Of a DNA stretch of 64,000 nucleotides, positions 40,915-55,610 are shown one piece after another. The position numbers and the translations under genes were made by a program. The stretch spans positions 61,442,001 through 61,506,000 of the forward strand of contig OZ024746.1 in the NCBI GenBank assembly GCA_964016885.1, read 5' to 3'. The stretch's first letter is position 1; every line of letters starts with the position of its first letter. Under the pieces are notes generated by a model, which saw only the letters and a list, made by a program, of their open reading frames with translations, did no database searches and was not told the origin of the DNA. This DNA is from Eledone cirrhosa (lineage: Eukaryota).

Positions 40915-41220
40915 TAAGTCCCAAGTTCAATCCCAGTGCATGACATCTTGGGCAATTTCCTTTACCATAGTCTTGGGTGACCTACTATACCTTGTGAGTG
41001 AAATTAGACAGACAGAAACTGTTTGGAAGCCTGCCAAATGGACTAACTTGTAATTCAAAGGGCTATCCCTGTTACACACTGTGACATGTTGAATCTCTAA
41101 GAGAGTTATGTTAAGGGTACAGATGCCTCTGGTATGCTCAGGCACTTGTGAATTTCATTTGTTGGCTGCTCCATTGATCAAAACGCTGGAACACTCATTG
41201 TTGAAATCTAAAGAGTCTAT
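40915..41220 (+). mobile_element. Third tRNA-headed SINE family (also 53175-53440 and 45310-45550)
   Basis: B-box gttcaatccc, then ttgggcaa...ttgtgagtgaaattag...gaaactgtttggaagcc shared between copies. Confidence 0.7.
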
Positions 41221-41240
41221 CAATTAATTGATGTGTATGG

Positions 41241-41275
<35 letters not shown>

Positions 41276-41360
41276 ATATAATATATATATAATATATATA
41301 TAATATATATATATATAATATATATATATAATATATATATATAATATATATATATATAAT

Positions 41361-41405
<45 letters not shown>

Positions 41406-41580
41406 TATAATATATATATAATATATATATAATATATATATATTATATATATATATATATAATATATATATATTATATATATATATATATAATATATATA
41501 TAATATATATATATTATATATATATATATAATATATATATAATATATATATAATATATATATATATATAATATAATATAT

Positions 41581-41611
<31 letters not shown>

Positions 41612-41654
41612 GTATATAATATATATATATATATAATATATATATATATATAAT

Positions 41655-41686
<32 letters not shown>

Positions 41687-41955
41687 ATATATATATATAA
41701 TATATATATATATATAATATATATATATTATATATATATATATATTATATATATATATAATATATATATATAATATATATATAATATATATATATATAAT
41801 ATGTATATAATATATATATATATATGTATATAATATATATATATATATAATATATAATATATATATATATAATATATATATATATAATATATATATATAT
41901 ATATAATATATATATATATATATAATATATATATATATAATATATATATATATAT

Positions 41956-41986
<31 letters not shown>

Positions 41987-42030
41987 ATATATATATAATA
42001 TATATATATATATAATATATATATATATAT

Positions 42031-42061
<31 letters not shown>

Positions 42062-42181
42062 ATATATATATAATATATATATAATATATATATAATATAT
42101 ATATATATATAATATATATATATAATATATATATATATATAATATATATATATATATATAATATATATATAATATATATAT

Positions 42182-42212
<31 letters not shown>

Positions 42213-42256
42213 ATATATATATAATATATATATATATATAATATATATATATATAT

Positions 42257-42287
<31 letters not shown>

Positions 42288-42501
42288 ATATATATATAAT
42301 ATATATATAATATATATATAATATATATATATATATAATATATATATATAATATATATATATATATAATATATATATATATATATAATATATATATAATA
42401 TATATATAATATATATATATATATAATATATATATATAATATATATATATATATATAATATATATATATAATATATTATATATATAATATATATATATAA
42501 T

Positions 42502-42543
<42 letters not shown>

Positions 42544-42572
42544 ATATTATATATATAATATATATATATAAT

Positions 42573-42614
<42 letters not shown>

Positions 42615-42914
42615 ATATTATATATATAATATATATATATTATATATATATATATATTATATATATATATAATATATATATATTATATATATATATAATA
42701 TATATATCTTATATATATATATATTATATATATATATTATATATATATATTATATATATATATTATATATATATATTATATATATATCTTATATATATAT
42801 ATTATATATATATATAATATATATATCTTATATATATATATATATTATATATATATATAATATATATATATTATATATATATATATATTATATATATATA
42901 TAATATATATATAT

Positions 42915-42946
<32 letters not shown>

Positions 42947-43498
42947 ATAATATATATATATAATATATATATATATATTATATATATATATAATATATAT
43001 ATATTATATATATATATATATTATATATATATATAATATATATATATATATAATATATATATCTTATATATATTATATATATATATATATTATATATATA
43101 TATTATATATATATATTATATATATATATATATTATATATATATATAATATATATATCTTATATATATATATAATATATATATCTTATATATATATATTA
43201 TATATATATATATATAATATATATATATTATATATATATATATATATTATATATATATATATAATATATATATATAATATATATATATAATATATATATA
43301 TAATATATATATATAATATATATATATAATATATATATATAATATATATATATAATATATATATATAATATATATATCTTATATATATATATTATATATA
43401 TATATATATTATATATATATATAATATATATATATTATATATATATATATATTATATATATATATAATATATATATATTATATATATATATATATTAT

Positions 43499-43541
<43 letters not shown>

Positions 43542-43768
43542 TATATTATATATATATATTATATATATATATTATATATATATATTATATATATATATAA
43601 TATATATATCTTATATATATATTATATATATATATATATTATATATATATATATATATAATATATATATATTATATATATATATATATTATATATATATA
43701 TAATATATATATATTATATATATATTATATATATAATATATATATATATAATATATATGTATTTATAT
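41241..43768. repeat. 2.5-kb (TA)n array with AA/TT phase shifts
   Basis: Almost exclusively A/T. Confidence 0.98.
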
Positions 43769-43890
43769 AAGTTTAGCCCGGGTTACAATGGGGGGGTAAC
43801 CACAGTAAGGTACTCAATACAAATCAGAGTATAAATATTTAATATAGAAAGGCTTCTACAGGACTAGAACTGTTTCATTTGGGAGAAATC

Positions 43891-44105
<215 letters not shown>

Positions 44106-44236
44106 CTACTGGCATGGGTTGTATATTTTAAATAAAAACTAAGATATAATTACTAATGTGATTACTAACGTGATAACTAAAATACAAAGCCACTAGTGTG
44201 TATTGGAAAATGTGTGAAATCCTTGGTACAGTTAGG

Positions 44237-44519
44237 TATATTTAAAAAAGGGAAAAGAATGACTTCAGTTGTAGTTCTAAACAATTTAATTTAATTTTAT
44301 AATATTGTAATTTTACAATTTGGTTTTGTAGATGTAGTAAGTTCTTTGTTAATTTTTTAAAGCTCCAGTGGGGAGATTTGAAAAAAAATCTCCCCACTGA
44401 AGTTAAGAAAGAACTTACTAGATCTACAAAACCAAATTGTAAAATTACAATATTATAAAATTAAATTAAATTGTTTAGAACTACAAGTGAAGTTATTCTG
44501 TTCCTTTTTTTAAGTATAT
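44237..44519. repeat. ~280-bp imperfect palindrome / foldback element
   Basis: Arms reverse-complementary (ttgtagttctaaacaatttaatttaattttataatattgtaattttacaatttggttttgtagat); central hairpin cagtggggagattt-gaaaa-aaatctccccactg. Confidence 0.85.
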
Positions 44520-44654
44520 ATGCATATACAGACACACACACACACACACATGTAAAGGTGTTGGCTTTAGGAAGGGCATCCAACCATAGAAACTAATCCC
44601 AAACTGGTGAATATGTACAGGACTTAGTTACCTGGCTTGTTTTGCAGCAAAGGG

Positions 44655-44791
44655 TTACGGCCCTTCATGCTCTGAGTTCAAATCCCGCCGAGGTTAACTT
44701 TGCCTTTCATCCTTACGGGGTCAATAAAATAAAGTACCAGTAATACACTGGGATAATTGCTGGCCTTGTGCCAAAAGTAGAAACAATTATA
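44655..44791 (+). mobile_element. SINE family A nested in an older RTE-tailed repeat
   Basis: Family A body between aggaagggcatcc (44569) and ctaacccatgcaagc...gatgat (44803-44845). Confidence 0.85.
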
Positions 44792-46801
44792 TGACAGCCT
44801 CTCTAACCCATGCAAGCTTGTGGTGGTGATGAGGATGATGATGATACACACACACATACATATATATAAAAGTCAACCGGGAGAACAATGCAGTATAATG
44901 AAGATATATATTAGTTTAAAGCTTGATATAGTAGGAAAAGTGTCATAACGTTTCGGTTGTTAGTCATTCACCATAAGATAGAATGAGAGATAGAAGAAAT
45001 AGAAAGATAGCCGAGAGTAAGAAAAGAAGAAAAAAATTGTTCAAAGGCAGAAATCACGTGTCCATTTAGTCAGCCATTTTGCTATTATCATTTTACTGGT
45101 TTCAGACATTGGACTGTAGTTTTGCTAGGGCACCACCTGTAATGATATAGTCTATTATATCTCTCCCACTACTTGACTTTTACATAGTTTATAGACAATT
45201 GGAGTTGTTTTAAATGGGTGTATATTATTTATGTATGCATGTGTATACATATATACTTTGTGTGTGTGTTTGTATTTCTATGTGTGTTTTTATCTATATA
45301 TATTCATTTTGAATCAAGCCTAGCATTTTGTGTGAAATTAGATTTACAGAAGCTATGGAAGCCAGTTGGATTGACTGAACTTGTTATTTCAAGGAATCAG
45401 CCTTGTTACATGTTATCACATGTATTCTGTCTGAGAATTACATTACAGGTACACAAGTGTCTGTGGAATACTCAGACACTTATATTTCAATGAGTTGGTA
45501 GTTCAGTTGATGAAGCAAGTGGAAAATTTAGCATCAAAACTAACAGTCTATTTTCACACATTTGCTGGTGCTACTACAAAAGCACTTAATACACTCTGTA
45601 AGGTAGTAGTGTTGGAGTCACAATAAAATGCTTCCAGTACATGCTGTAAGGTGGTTGGTGTTAGGAAACCATGCTCCCAGTACATACCATAAAGTGGTTG
45701 GCTTTAGAAAGGGCATCCAGCTGTAGAAAGCAAGCCAAAATGAAACTTACAAGCATGACCTGACCTGACTTGCCTCAATATGCTATAGCCATCTAACCCA
45801 TGTAGGCATTGGAAAATAGATGTTAAATGGTGATGATGATGATGATGTTTATGTATGTATAAGCATATATGATGATGATGATAATGTATACATACATACA
45901 TACTTGCTTCAGCACCAGGCCATGTTCAAGTTTATTAATAACCAAAATAAATAGAATTAAAAGAATTCAACATTTTAGATAAACTGATGAAAACAAAAAT
46001 TCTAGAAAATATCAAAGTTTAATATTTTAGTTGCAGAGATGACCCACTGTCCTAGATTTCAGCTATCCAGGTGCAAAACTGGTATATAATTTGGAACACG
46101 CACACATATATATATATATGCAATACATACAGATACACACACACACATATACCTACACACATGCATACATGTGTTGGTGCCATTAGGAAATGCCCTCGGT
46201 GCTTTTCATGAAGTGGTTGACATTCAGTGCCACTATTAAATGCACCCAGTACACTCTGTAAATGTTATGGGTATCTAAAAACCTGGAATATATATGAGAC
46301 GAAGACCCCCCCCCACACACACAGCCTAATTAGGACAGTAGCTCTGATTAATATTGTCCTAACCATGCTAGCATGGTAGAAACAGACAGAAAATAATGAT
46401 GATGATATACACACACAGATACACACACAAACACACACATATATATATATATATATGAATATGTACATGTATACAGATGCACTCATGCACATGTGTGTGT
46501 GTGTGCATATATATAGAGAGAGGGAGGGAGATGAGAGCTTAGTAAAATAGATTCTAAAATTAAACTTGGGTGCATACACACTTGTTTCTAAATAAGATCA
46601 TACTTTTTTTTACTCTCTCTCTCGCTGACATATGTATGGGGTTGAACACTGAGGCTAAGAGTGTGTGTGTGTATGTGTATATATATATATATATATATAA
46701 TGAAGGAGGTGTGTTAAGGAACCAGATGGACCATAATGCACCAGAGTACTCAATATTTAGGGTAGTAGAGTGGATAATAGGAAAATGTTAAACATTTTCC
46801 C

Positions 46802-46868
<67 letters not shown>

Positions 46869-47457
46869 CTCACACATCTGCAAAGGGGTCATCTCTAATG
46901 GCTGGCTAAACACATGTGCTTTTTTCCTATAAATTTTTTTTGCAGCTTCATCCGATTTTTTTTTTTTTCTCTTCATCCGATTTTTTTTTTTTTCTCTTCA
47001 TCCGATTTTTTTTTTCTCTTCTTCATCCGATTTTTTTTTTCTCTTCTATCTTTCAATTTCTTCTTCCATCTCTCATTCTTTCTTCAGATGAAGGACTAAT
47101 GTATGAAACATTAAGACTCTTTTCATACTATATCAAGCATTAAACTTATATATTATCATTGTACTGTATTGTTCTCCTCTGTTGCTTTTCCTTGTTGACT
47201 ATTCATATATGCATATATATATATATAAAAGCCATTTCTATATATATATATATATATATATAGAAGCCATTTCTATATTAAGTATTTATACTGTGCTATG
47301 TATTGAGTACCTTACTTACTGTGGTTACCCTCGATTGAACCTGGGATACACATATATATATATATACGCACATATATATATATTTATATATATATATTTA
47401 TATATATTTATATTTATATATATATATTTATATATATTTATATATATATATTTATAT

Positions 47458-47488
<31 letters not shown>

Positions 47489-48054
47489 AATATATATAAA
47501 TATATATAAATATATATATATATATATAAATATATATATTTATATATATTTATATTTATATATATATATTTATATATATTTATATATATTTATATTTATA
47601 TATATATATTTATATATATATTTATATATATATTTATATATTTATATATTTATATATATATATATTTATATATATATATATTTATATATATATATATTTA
47701 TATATATATTTATATATATATTTATATATATATATATTTATATATATATTTATATATATATTTATATATATATTTATATATATATATTTATATATATATA
47801 TATTTATATATATATATATTTATATATATATATATTTATATATATATATATTTATATATATATATTTATATATATATTTATATATATATATTTATATATA
47901 TATATATTTATATATATATATATTTATATATATATATTTATATATATATATTTATATATATATATATTTATATATATATTTATATATATATATTTATATA
48001 TATATATATTTATATATATATTTATATATATATATTTATATATATATATATTTA

Positions 48055-48926
48055 GAAAAGAACAACATGTTACTGAACGAAGACAAATTCGAACTGATCC
48101 ACTTTGGAAAAGAGGATGCTCTGAAACTCCCGTACTCCCTTCCCTCCGGGGAAACTCTCGTGGCATCTAACAACATCAGAGACTTGGGAGTAACCGTGGA
48201 CAGCAACATAAGCTGGACCACGCATATAAGCAGCAAAGTTGACATGGCCCGCAGAATGTGTTCCTGGATCCTCAGAACCTTCCAGTCGAGAGATTCCCGC
48301 ACCATTATCCTTCTCTTCTCTACTTTCGCCCGACCACACCTTGAATACTGTTGTCCACTGTGGTCTCCCCACACGAAACAAAGTATCATGAAACTTGAAG
48401 CTCCTCAAAGGGCAATCACGAAAAAGATAGATGGCATGTCAGACCTTGACTACTGGGGTCGATTAGAAAACCTGAAACTTTACTCACTCCAACGTCGCCG
48501 TGAGCGTTATATTATCTGCATGATGTGGAAAATGTTCCATCATCACTGCCCAAATGATGTTGGCATCGCCTTCAAGATACACCCAAGGCTTGGGCCCCGT
48601 GCTATCCGTCCCATTCAAAAATCTAAATCGCAACTCATAACAACAATACGGCACAATTATTTCACCTCAATCGGCCCTGCTCTCTTCAACATCACACCAG
48701 GACACGTCAAAACAGAAACTGACCACACAAAATTCAAGAAGTCTTTGGACAAATTCCTCCAAGTAATCCTGGACAAACCACCCACACCCGGATATGTCTC
48801 CGCAAACAGTAATTCTCTTCTCGAATGGGCCATGGTGCCCAAATCCTGAATTGAAAGACTTCGCCAGGTGGTGCTATTAAGTTAGACATGGCCTGGGCCA
48901 ATACTGGCCAAAACATTTCAAAGTTA
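48055..48926 (+). mobile_element. 5'-truncated CR1/L2-group LINE (3' end) inserted in (TA)n
   Basis: Stop-free ORF2 C-terminus, short 3' UTR with hairpin ggcca-atac-tggcc and tandem tail (ttcaaagtta)x2. Confidence 0.88.
48067..48849 (+). CDS. CR1/L2-group LINE ORF2 C-terminal fragment (RT thumb and downstream region)
   Basis: Motifs [55 protein letters not shown]. Confidence 0.85.
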   Translation: MLLNEDKFELIHFGKEDALKLPYSLPSGETLVASNNIRDLGVTVDSNISWTTHISSKVDMARRMCSWILRTFQSRDSRTIILLFSTFARPHLEYCCPLWSPHTKQSIMKLEAPQRAITKKIDGMSDLDYWGRLENLKLYSLQRRRERYIICMMWKMFHHHCPNDVGIAFKIHPRLGPRAIRPIQKSKSQLITTIRHNYFTSIGPALFNITPGHVKTETDHTKFKKSLDKFLQVILDKPPTPGYVSANSNSLLEWAMVPKS

Positions 48927-48990
48927 TTCAAAGTTATATATATATTTATATATATATATTTTTATATATATATATTTATATATATATATT

Positions 48991-49047
<57 letters not shown>

Positions 49048-49134
49048 ATTTTTATATATATATATTTATATATATATATATTTATATATATATATATTTA
49101 TATTTATATATATATATTTATATATATTTATATT

Positions 49135-49167
<33 letters not shown>

Positions 49168-49198
49168 TTATATATATATATTTATATATATTTATATT

Positions 49199-49279
<81 letters not shown>

Positions 49280-49678
49280 ATTTATATATATATATATTTA
49301 TATATATATATATTTATATATATATATATTTATATATATATATATTTATATATATATATTTATATATATATATATTTATATATATATATTTATATATATA
49401 TATATTTATATATATATATATTTATATATATATATTTATATATATATATTTATATATATATATTTATATATATATATTTATATATATATATTTATATATA
49501 TATATTTATATATATATATTTATATATATATATTTATATATATATATTTATATATATATATTTATATATATATATTTATATATATATATTTATATATATA
49601 TATTTATATATATATTTATATATATATATATTTATATATATATATTTATATATATATATATTTATATATATATATATT

Positions 49679-49714
<36 letters not shown>

Positions 49715-49766
49715 TATATATATATATTTATATATATATATATTTATATATATATATATTTATATT

Positions 49767-49843
<77 letters not shown>

Positions 49844-49878
49844 ATTTATATATATACATATTTATATATATACACACA

Positions 49879-49913
<35 letters not shown>

Positions 49914-51023
49914 ACAGACGTTCCTGTAAAGCTGTAGCTTATTCCTTCATCAACGTCATCATATATTGTTGTGATGTCATGCTTCTGACATAGTTTTTAT
50001 GGCTGGAAGCCCTTCCGAACCACTTTACCGTATAAACACAGTGCACGTTATCATACCTTACTTGATGAAAGGCTTGCCCCTATTCTATGTTGCATATATG
50101 TAAGTATATATGTAAATATGTGGATATATATGTGTGTATATGTATATGTATGTGTATGTGTATCTATGTAAACATACACATCATCATCATCACCGTGATA
50201 GTTTTTACATCCATGTTTCTATGCTAGGATAAGACTTTCTTGGGGCCAGTTTTTCTACAGCTGGATGCCCTTCCTGATGCCAACCCATACTTTAGAAGCA
50301 TCATAGACATTGCTAACCACTTTACATGCACATATCATCATCATCGTTTAACGTTCATCTTATATATATATATAAATAAACACATACACACACTCACATA
50401 TGCATATATATATATTACTGAGGCATCTGGAGGTACCCCACCCCTGAAATGTGCCTCCAAATGTCACTCTCTTTAAGGCCACCTCTCCCACCCCCTCCCT
50501 CTAGCCAACAACATGTAACCTGCTTCTACCCCACCCCAACTGACATCTCCTTGCCCATCACTACCTTCCCACCTGTATGTCGTCAAGTGGTAATGCTGGT
50601 GATACAATAAAATGCACCCAGTTCATCCTGCTAGGTTGTCATGTTAGTGCTACGGTAAAATGCACCCAGTACATGTCATGAAATGGTTGGTGTTAGGAAC
50701 GGTATCCAGTCATAGAAACTATAGGAGATGCACTCATCTGACCTGTCCAGCCTCACAATGTGGCCACCTGTTTATGACATGCAAGTATGGAGCATAGATC
50801 TAAATCGATGATGATGATGATAATGATGAAGCACTAAATAGTGTTGTTAAAATATATGCTTCTTGGACTCCCTAGTTCAATCCTACTGCTAGACACCCCA
50901 GGGCAGCACCTTTCAGATGACCAATGTCTAGTGAGTGGAATTTAGTTGATAGAAGCTATTTGGAAAGCTATCACTTACATGTGTGTGTGTGTGTATGTAT
51001 GTATATATGTGTGTGTATGTGTT

Positions 51024-51381
51024 AGCGAAACTTCCTTCGTGTGTCCTGGCGCGGCCGAGTGTGAAACGAGGAGATCCTGCGGATAGCCGAGTCGTGGACG
51101 CTACTGAGAGTGGTGACGGAGCTTCGGTGCCGTCTGGCTGGCCGCCATATTCTGCGTCTGCCAAATGAACGGCATTCGAAAACAGCGATGGACTGGACTC
51201 CGCCTGGCGGTAAATGGAGGCGAGGTTGCCCAAGGATTTACCCGGCGACGAACGTTCCGGAAGGCCCCGATGGCAGCCAACATCACCTGGCACCGTCTCA
51301 AAAATGTTGCTGCTGATTGTGACCATTGGCGAGTACCTACTGGTCGATGCGCCGAACGGCGCGGAAGAATCTAAGACTAAG
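51024..51381 (+). mobile_element. RTE LINE 3'-terminal fragment
   Basis: GC-rich; HILRLPNERHSKTAMDWTPPGGKWRRGCPR; tail (ctaaga)x2; 7-bp TSD atgtgtt (51017-51023 / 51382-51388). Confidence 0.85.
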
Positions 51382-51732
51382 ATGTGTTTGCACATACTAG
51401 TGCATCAAGCTGCATTCCCTCACATGGAGAGGTAAATCAGTCATTTGCTAAAGAGATTGATGAACATTTTGTTAGTTGGTCACTGTTTACAGCTGTGGTA
51501 TTTGAGTAATTGTCCAAACTAAGTTTCATGGTCATTCTAATCTCACTTCAAACCTCAAACACAGACCATCTCTTGTTAGTGTTGGAATGTTATTAAAAAC
51601 TAAATGTCTTCTTTGGATTCACTAGTGCCATATTCTTCATTATAACGTCCATTAATGGAACCAATGAGGAAGTTTCTTCGAGGTTATTCAACCAGCTAGA
51701 AATAGCAGTTAAATTTCCATCAAATCATATTA

Positions 51733-52076
51733 CCGTATTTCTTGCCATCGAAGACGCCTCTTTTTTCCTAAAATAAGTCTAAAAAATCTACCATGTGACA
51801 TGGAGGCCGAAGGTTGTTTATTGGCAGTATCGGTAGAGGGTCGGACGCCATGCTTTCGAGCATAGTTACGTCCCTTTACGATCTGAGTTCAAATCCCGCC
51901 GAGGTTGACTTTGCCTTTCATCCTTACGGGGTCGATAAAATAAAGTACCAGTAATGCACTGGGTAATTGCTGGTCTTGTGCCTAAAGTAGAAACAATTAT
52001 TGTTTTTCAAATTTTTGGTTGTCAAAATTGGGGTGTGTCCTCGAGTACGAAGTGTCTTCGGTGCCGGGAAATACTG
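51733..52076. mobile_element. pogo/Tigger-type MITE with a nested young SINE A (51821-51999, +)
   Basis: ta|CCGTATTTCTTGCCATCGAAGACGC ... GTGTCTTCGGTGCCGGGAAATACTG|ta; the SINE is nearly identical to 4620-4799. Confidence 0.85.
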
Positions 52077-53756
52077 TAGTTTGTTTTTTTTTCTTTCTCA
52101 CTTTTTTTGTCAGGTAGAGAAAGGCAATGTCCATGCCATGACTCTTTTCAGGTCCTCCTACCGTTTCACCGGTAGGAGGAAGGTATTCTCAAACAAGCTG
52201 ACAACAGGGTGGGCTCTGTTTACCCTTTAGCATTCACATTACTCTATATTTACTATTGTATTTTCACATAATATCAAATCTATGAGATTTTGATATTATT
52301 TATTTTGAGAACAGTACCTTAATGTTGGTATGATCTGCTGGTTATGACCAGTTTGAACAGAAAGGGATGAGAGAATTCTGGCCGGATATGGCCGGTTGAA
52401 AGGCTAAAGGGTTAGAGACACCCAAGGAAGATGACAACAAAGTTGTCCTCTGTGGGATTTTAACTCAGAGCATAGGACACATTGAATAATGTAGACTAGG
52501 GGGTCTCAAACTCATGGACTCAAAAGGGCCATTATGTTATGGAGGTGACACAGTGAGTCAGATGTGCGAGGGGGGTGGGCACATAATTTCCACCAGTTAT
52601 AATGTTAATCTGCAATACAACCAACCAACCAGCCAGCCAACCAAGTGTTATTAGTGATTTAACCGGAACAAATACACATTGATCATGTTATATCTGACAG
52701 TGTATAATCTTGTTCAACCACTGGTGGATGTATGTGTGTATGTATGTATGTGTGTGTATGAGTGTAAAAGTAACAGAAAGAGCTGCATGAAATCAGGTGT
52801 GTTAATATATATTAATTAGTTCTTCAATCATTTGTTGTTTAGTTCCAGATAAGCTCTGGGTCAAAGACATACAAACCCTAATCATTTTTTTGTGTGTCAG
52901 ACATGTTATCTCATCTCTTCTAAATTTAAAAATTTGTGCATTGAGGGTGATTTGGTTGCTTATTATAAAATATTTATCTTTATTTAAAAATTTTCCATCA
53001 TAATTTTTGATTATTTTCAAAATTAATTGAAACATATAGGCCATGTTTCTCATTAGAAATACGGTAATGAAAGGGTTAAACAGAATGTAATTGCATTTAT
53101 AATGTTTATATGTACGAGAACTTCAAAAGTGAGTGGCTATCACTTTTAGAATCCTCCTTTATATAACTATTAGATAGGCAACATGACTGGATGGTTAAGA
53201 AATACACTTTACATTCATGAGGTTCTGGGTTTGATATCATTGCATGACATCTTTGGCATCTTTTACCTTAGCCTTGGTTTCACCAAAGATTTGTGAGTGA
53301 AATTAGGTTGATGGAAACTGTTTGAAAGCTTTTTGATATGACTGAATCTGTAATTCAAATGACAAGCCTTGTCATACTGAATCTCCCTGAGAATTATATA
53401 AAGCATACACGTGTCTGTGGAATACTCAGCCACTTTAATATTTATAATTTTTATACTAATGGCATATATACCAATGCATGATCATTGTCAAAACCAACAG
53501 CAGTTTCTGTATTTTTAGATATGCATCCATATTTCTGTTAAACTTGTCTATTTAGTACTAAATTAAACTGACAAAATACTAAATTTAATTTAGTATGCGT
53601 GTATGTGAGTGTGTAGTTGTTGTTATTGATGTTTAGTTGTAAATCAGCCCTGTTAGAGCAGTTAAGCCTATGATGTAAAACATTGAAGTTGTATTTTATC
53701 CAGACTTTGTGTAGTTAGGACTATATTTTATTTTAAATATGTAATTTTAAAGAATC

Positions 53757-53884
53757 TCTTATTTTATTTTGTTATCTGTTATACATAAACATATTATGTC
53801 AACTATATTTTATAGATAGTTCTATCTATAAAATATATTGGACATAATATGTTTATGTATAACAGATAACAAAATAAAATAAGA
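53757..53884. repeat. 128-bp AT-rich palindrome
   Basis: Centre atagatag-tt-ctatctat at 53820/53821; arms reverse-complementary with ~2 mismatches. Confidence 0.9.
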
Positions 53885-53944
53885 ACTATATTATCCAGTA
53901 AGGTGTGGTTTGAGAGAATGTTTGCTGCTAGTTCTAGCATAGAA

Positions 53945-54406
53945 GAGTGGTTTTCAACCTTTATTTACCTATGGGCCCTTTTGATTCCTATTTTACCATT
54001 CAATGTTTAAAATATCCTATTGTATTTTTATATTAAATATTATTAGGAATTGTATAAAAAATTGTTGAAAGATTTTGTATATTATAGAAGTAAAACTTAT
54101 TTATTACACATAAACTTTAACAACTAAATTCTATGGAAAATGAATGTTCACTTGTTAAAATAAGTCATAAATGATGACAGTATTCCTTTAAATATCTGTC
54201 TTTTTATCTATTTTTATTCCATCATCACAGAATGAAGCAAAATAAATAAATTTCTTTCTGTAAAGCTTAAGATAGTTTCTTGTTATAAATACGTCTAAAG
54301 TAAAAGATTTTTCATTGACCCCTAAAATACTACTGTGGATCCCCAATTTACTGTTTTGCTTATATGGACCCTCAAGAATCATGTGAACCCTGTTTGAAAA
54401 CCACTG
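53945..54406. mobile_element. hAT (Charlie-like) MITE
   Basis: gagtggttttcaacc ... gtttgaaaaccactg; degenerate 8-bp TSD gcatagaa / gcaaagag. Confidence 0.75.
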
Positions 54407-55027
54407 GCAAAGAGGCTCCCTCATTGTCTCTTCTATATATTTATGTTTATGTATAATCATCATCATCATGTTGGTATGGGTTTGATAAAAGATATTGAAG
54501 CAGTTTTTATGGCCGGATGCTCTCCCTGATGCCAACCTATACTTCATTTTGAAGTATGGTATATACTTAAGGAACTTGGATGTGAAGTATTTATGAGATA
54601 CACAAACAAATGTCACTGCTTGCCCTACGCAGTGTGGACACGAAGACCATTATCACCACCATAGTTTGACATCCTTGCATAGGTTGGACAGGATTTTTGT
54701 GACAGGGTTTCTACAGATATGTGTCAGAGTAATTGATAGAGTACAGCAATGTAAGTGAGGTGTAGGTCCCTGGCCTATCTAAGCCTATTTGAGAGGTTAG
54801 TAGCTCTGCTTGAGTACTGACTAGTCTGTAACAACAACGATGATGATGATGATGATGATATATAAATACGGGTAAAGGCCTCTTTGGTCATGAATGAACA
54901 TAGGTTTTGCACCTGGAAAGTTCCCTTCCGAGTCACATGTTGAACAAGTTGGTCTTCGGGGCTAATGAAATGCATGTACCTGCTATGACACCATTGTAGT
55001 AACTGACCTTAATAATTATATATATAT

Positions 55028-55216
55028 GTATCCCAAGTTCAAACAGGGGTAACCACAATAAGGAAGGTACTCAATACATAGTAGAGTATAAATTTTTAAT
55101 ATAGAAATGGCTTCTACAGGGCTAGAACTGTTTAATTCAAAGGAAATCATCAGGGCTTTCCTGATGATTTCCTTCGAATGAAACAGTTTTAGTCCTGTAG
55201 AAACCATTTCTATATT
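55028..55216. mobile_element. Penelope-like terminal element (family F) with palindrome 55098-55216
   Basis: Same family and same inversion geometry as 33808-33996; intact + strand hammerhead at 55157-55203 (uuuc CUGAUGA uuuccuucgaau GAAA cag..cug UA gaaa). Confidence 0.78.
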
Positions 55217-55249
55217 GAGAAAAACAACAAACCCTCCATCTCAATTCTA

Positions 55250-55285
55250 CTTTTGAAAAGCACAAGAACTGCGAAACCGGTAAAG
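55250..55285 (+). ncRNA. Variant hammerhead with U3-A8 compensated core
   Basis: cuu UUGAAAA gca-caagaac-ugc GAAA CCGG UA aag. Confidence 0.6.
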
Positions 55286-55562
55286 GAACCAAATAAATAT
55301 ATTTCTTTAAAAAAAGACTCCATTTACATTTTCGATTTGATCTTTTTTCCTTATACTTTCACTCGTGTAGGACACCTTGTTTTTTTTCATTTTGTGTTCA
55401 AGACATTCATATGTTCAAGTATATTTTATTATACATATTTCAGAAGTACTGAGCTATTTTCAACAGTACGTCCTCATCAGATAAAATAAGTTGATTCTTG
55501 ACATACCTTGACTATGTTGATGGTTAAAATTCAGTCATGGCAGTATATATATATATACTGCC

Positions 55563-55610
<48 letters not shown>

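Larger units (their letters stand above)
47370..49870. repeat. (TATATATT/TA)n array split by a LINE insertion
   Basis: The same ttta-punctuated TA variant lies on both sides of 48055-48926. Confidence 0.95.
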
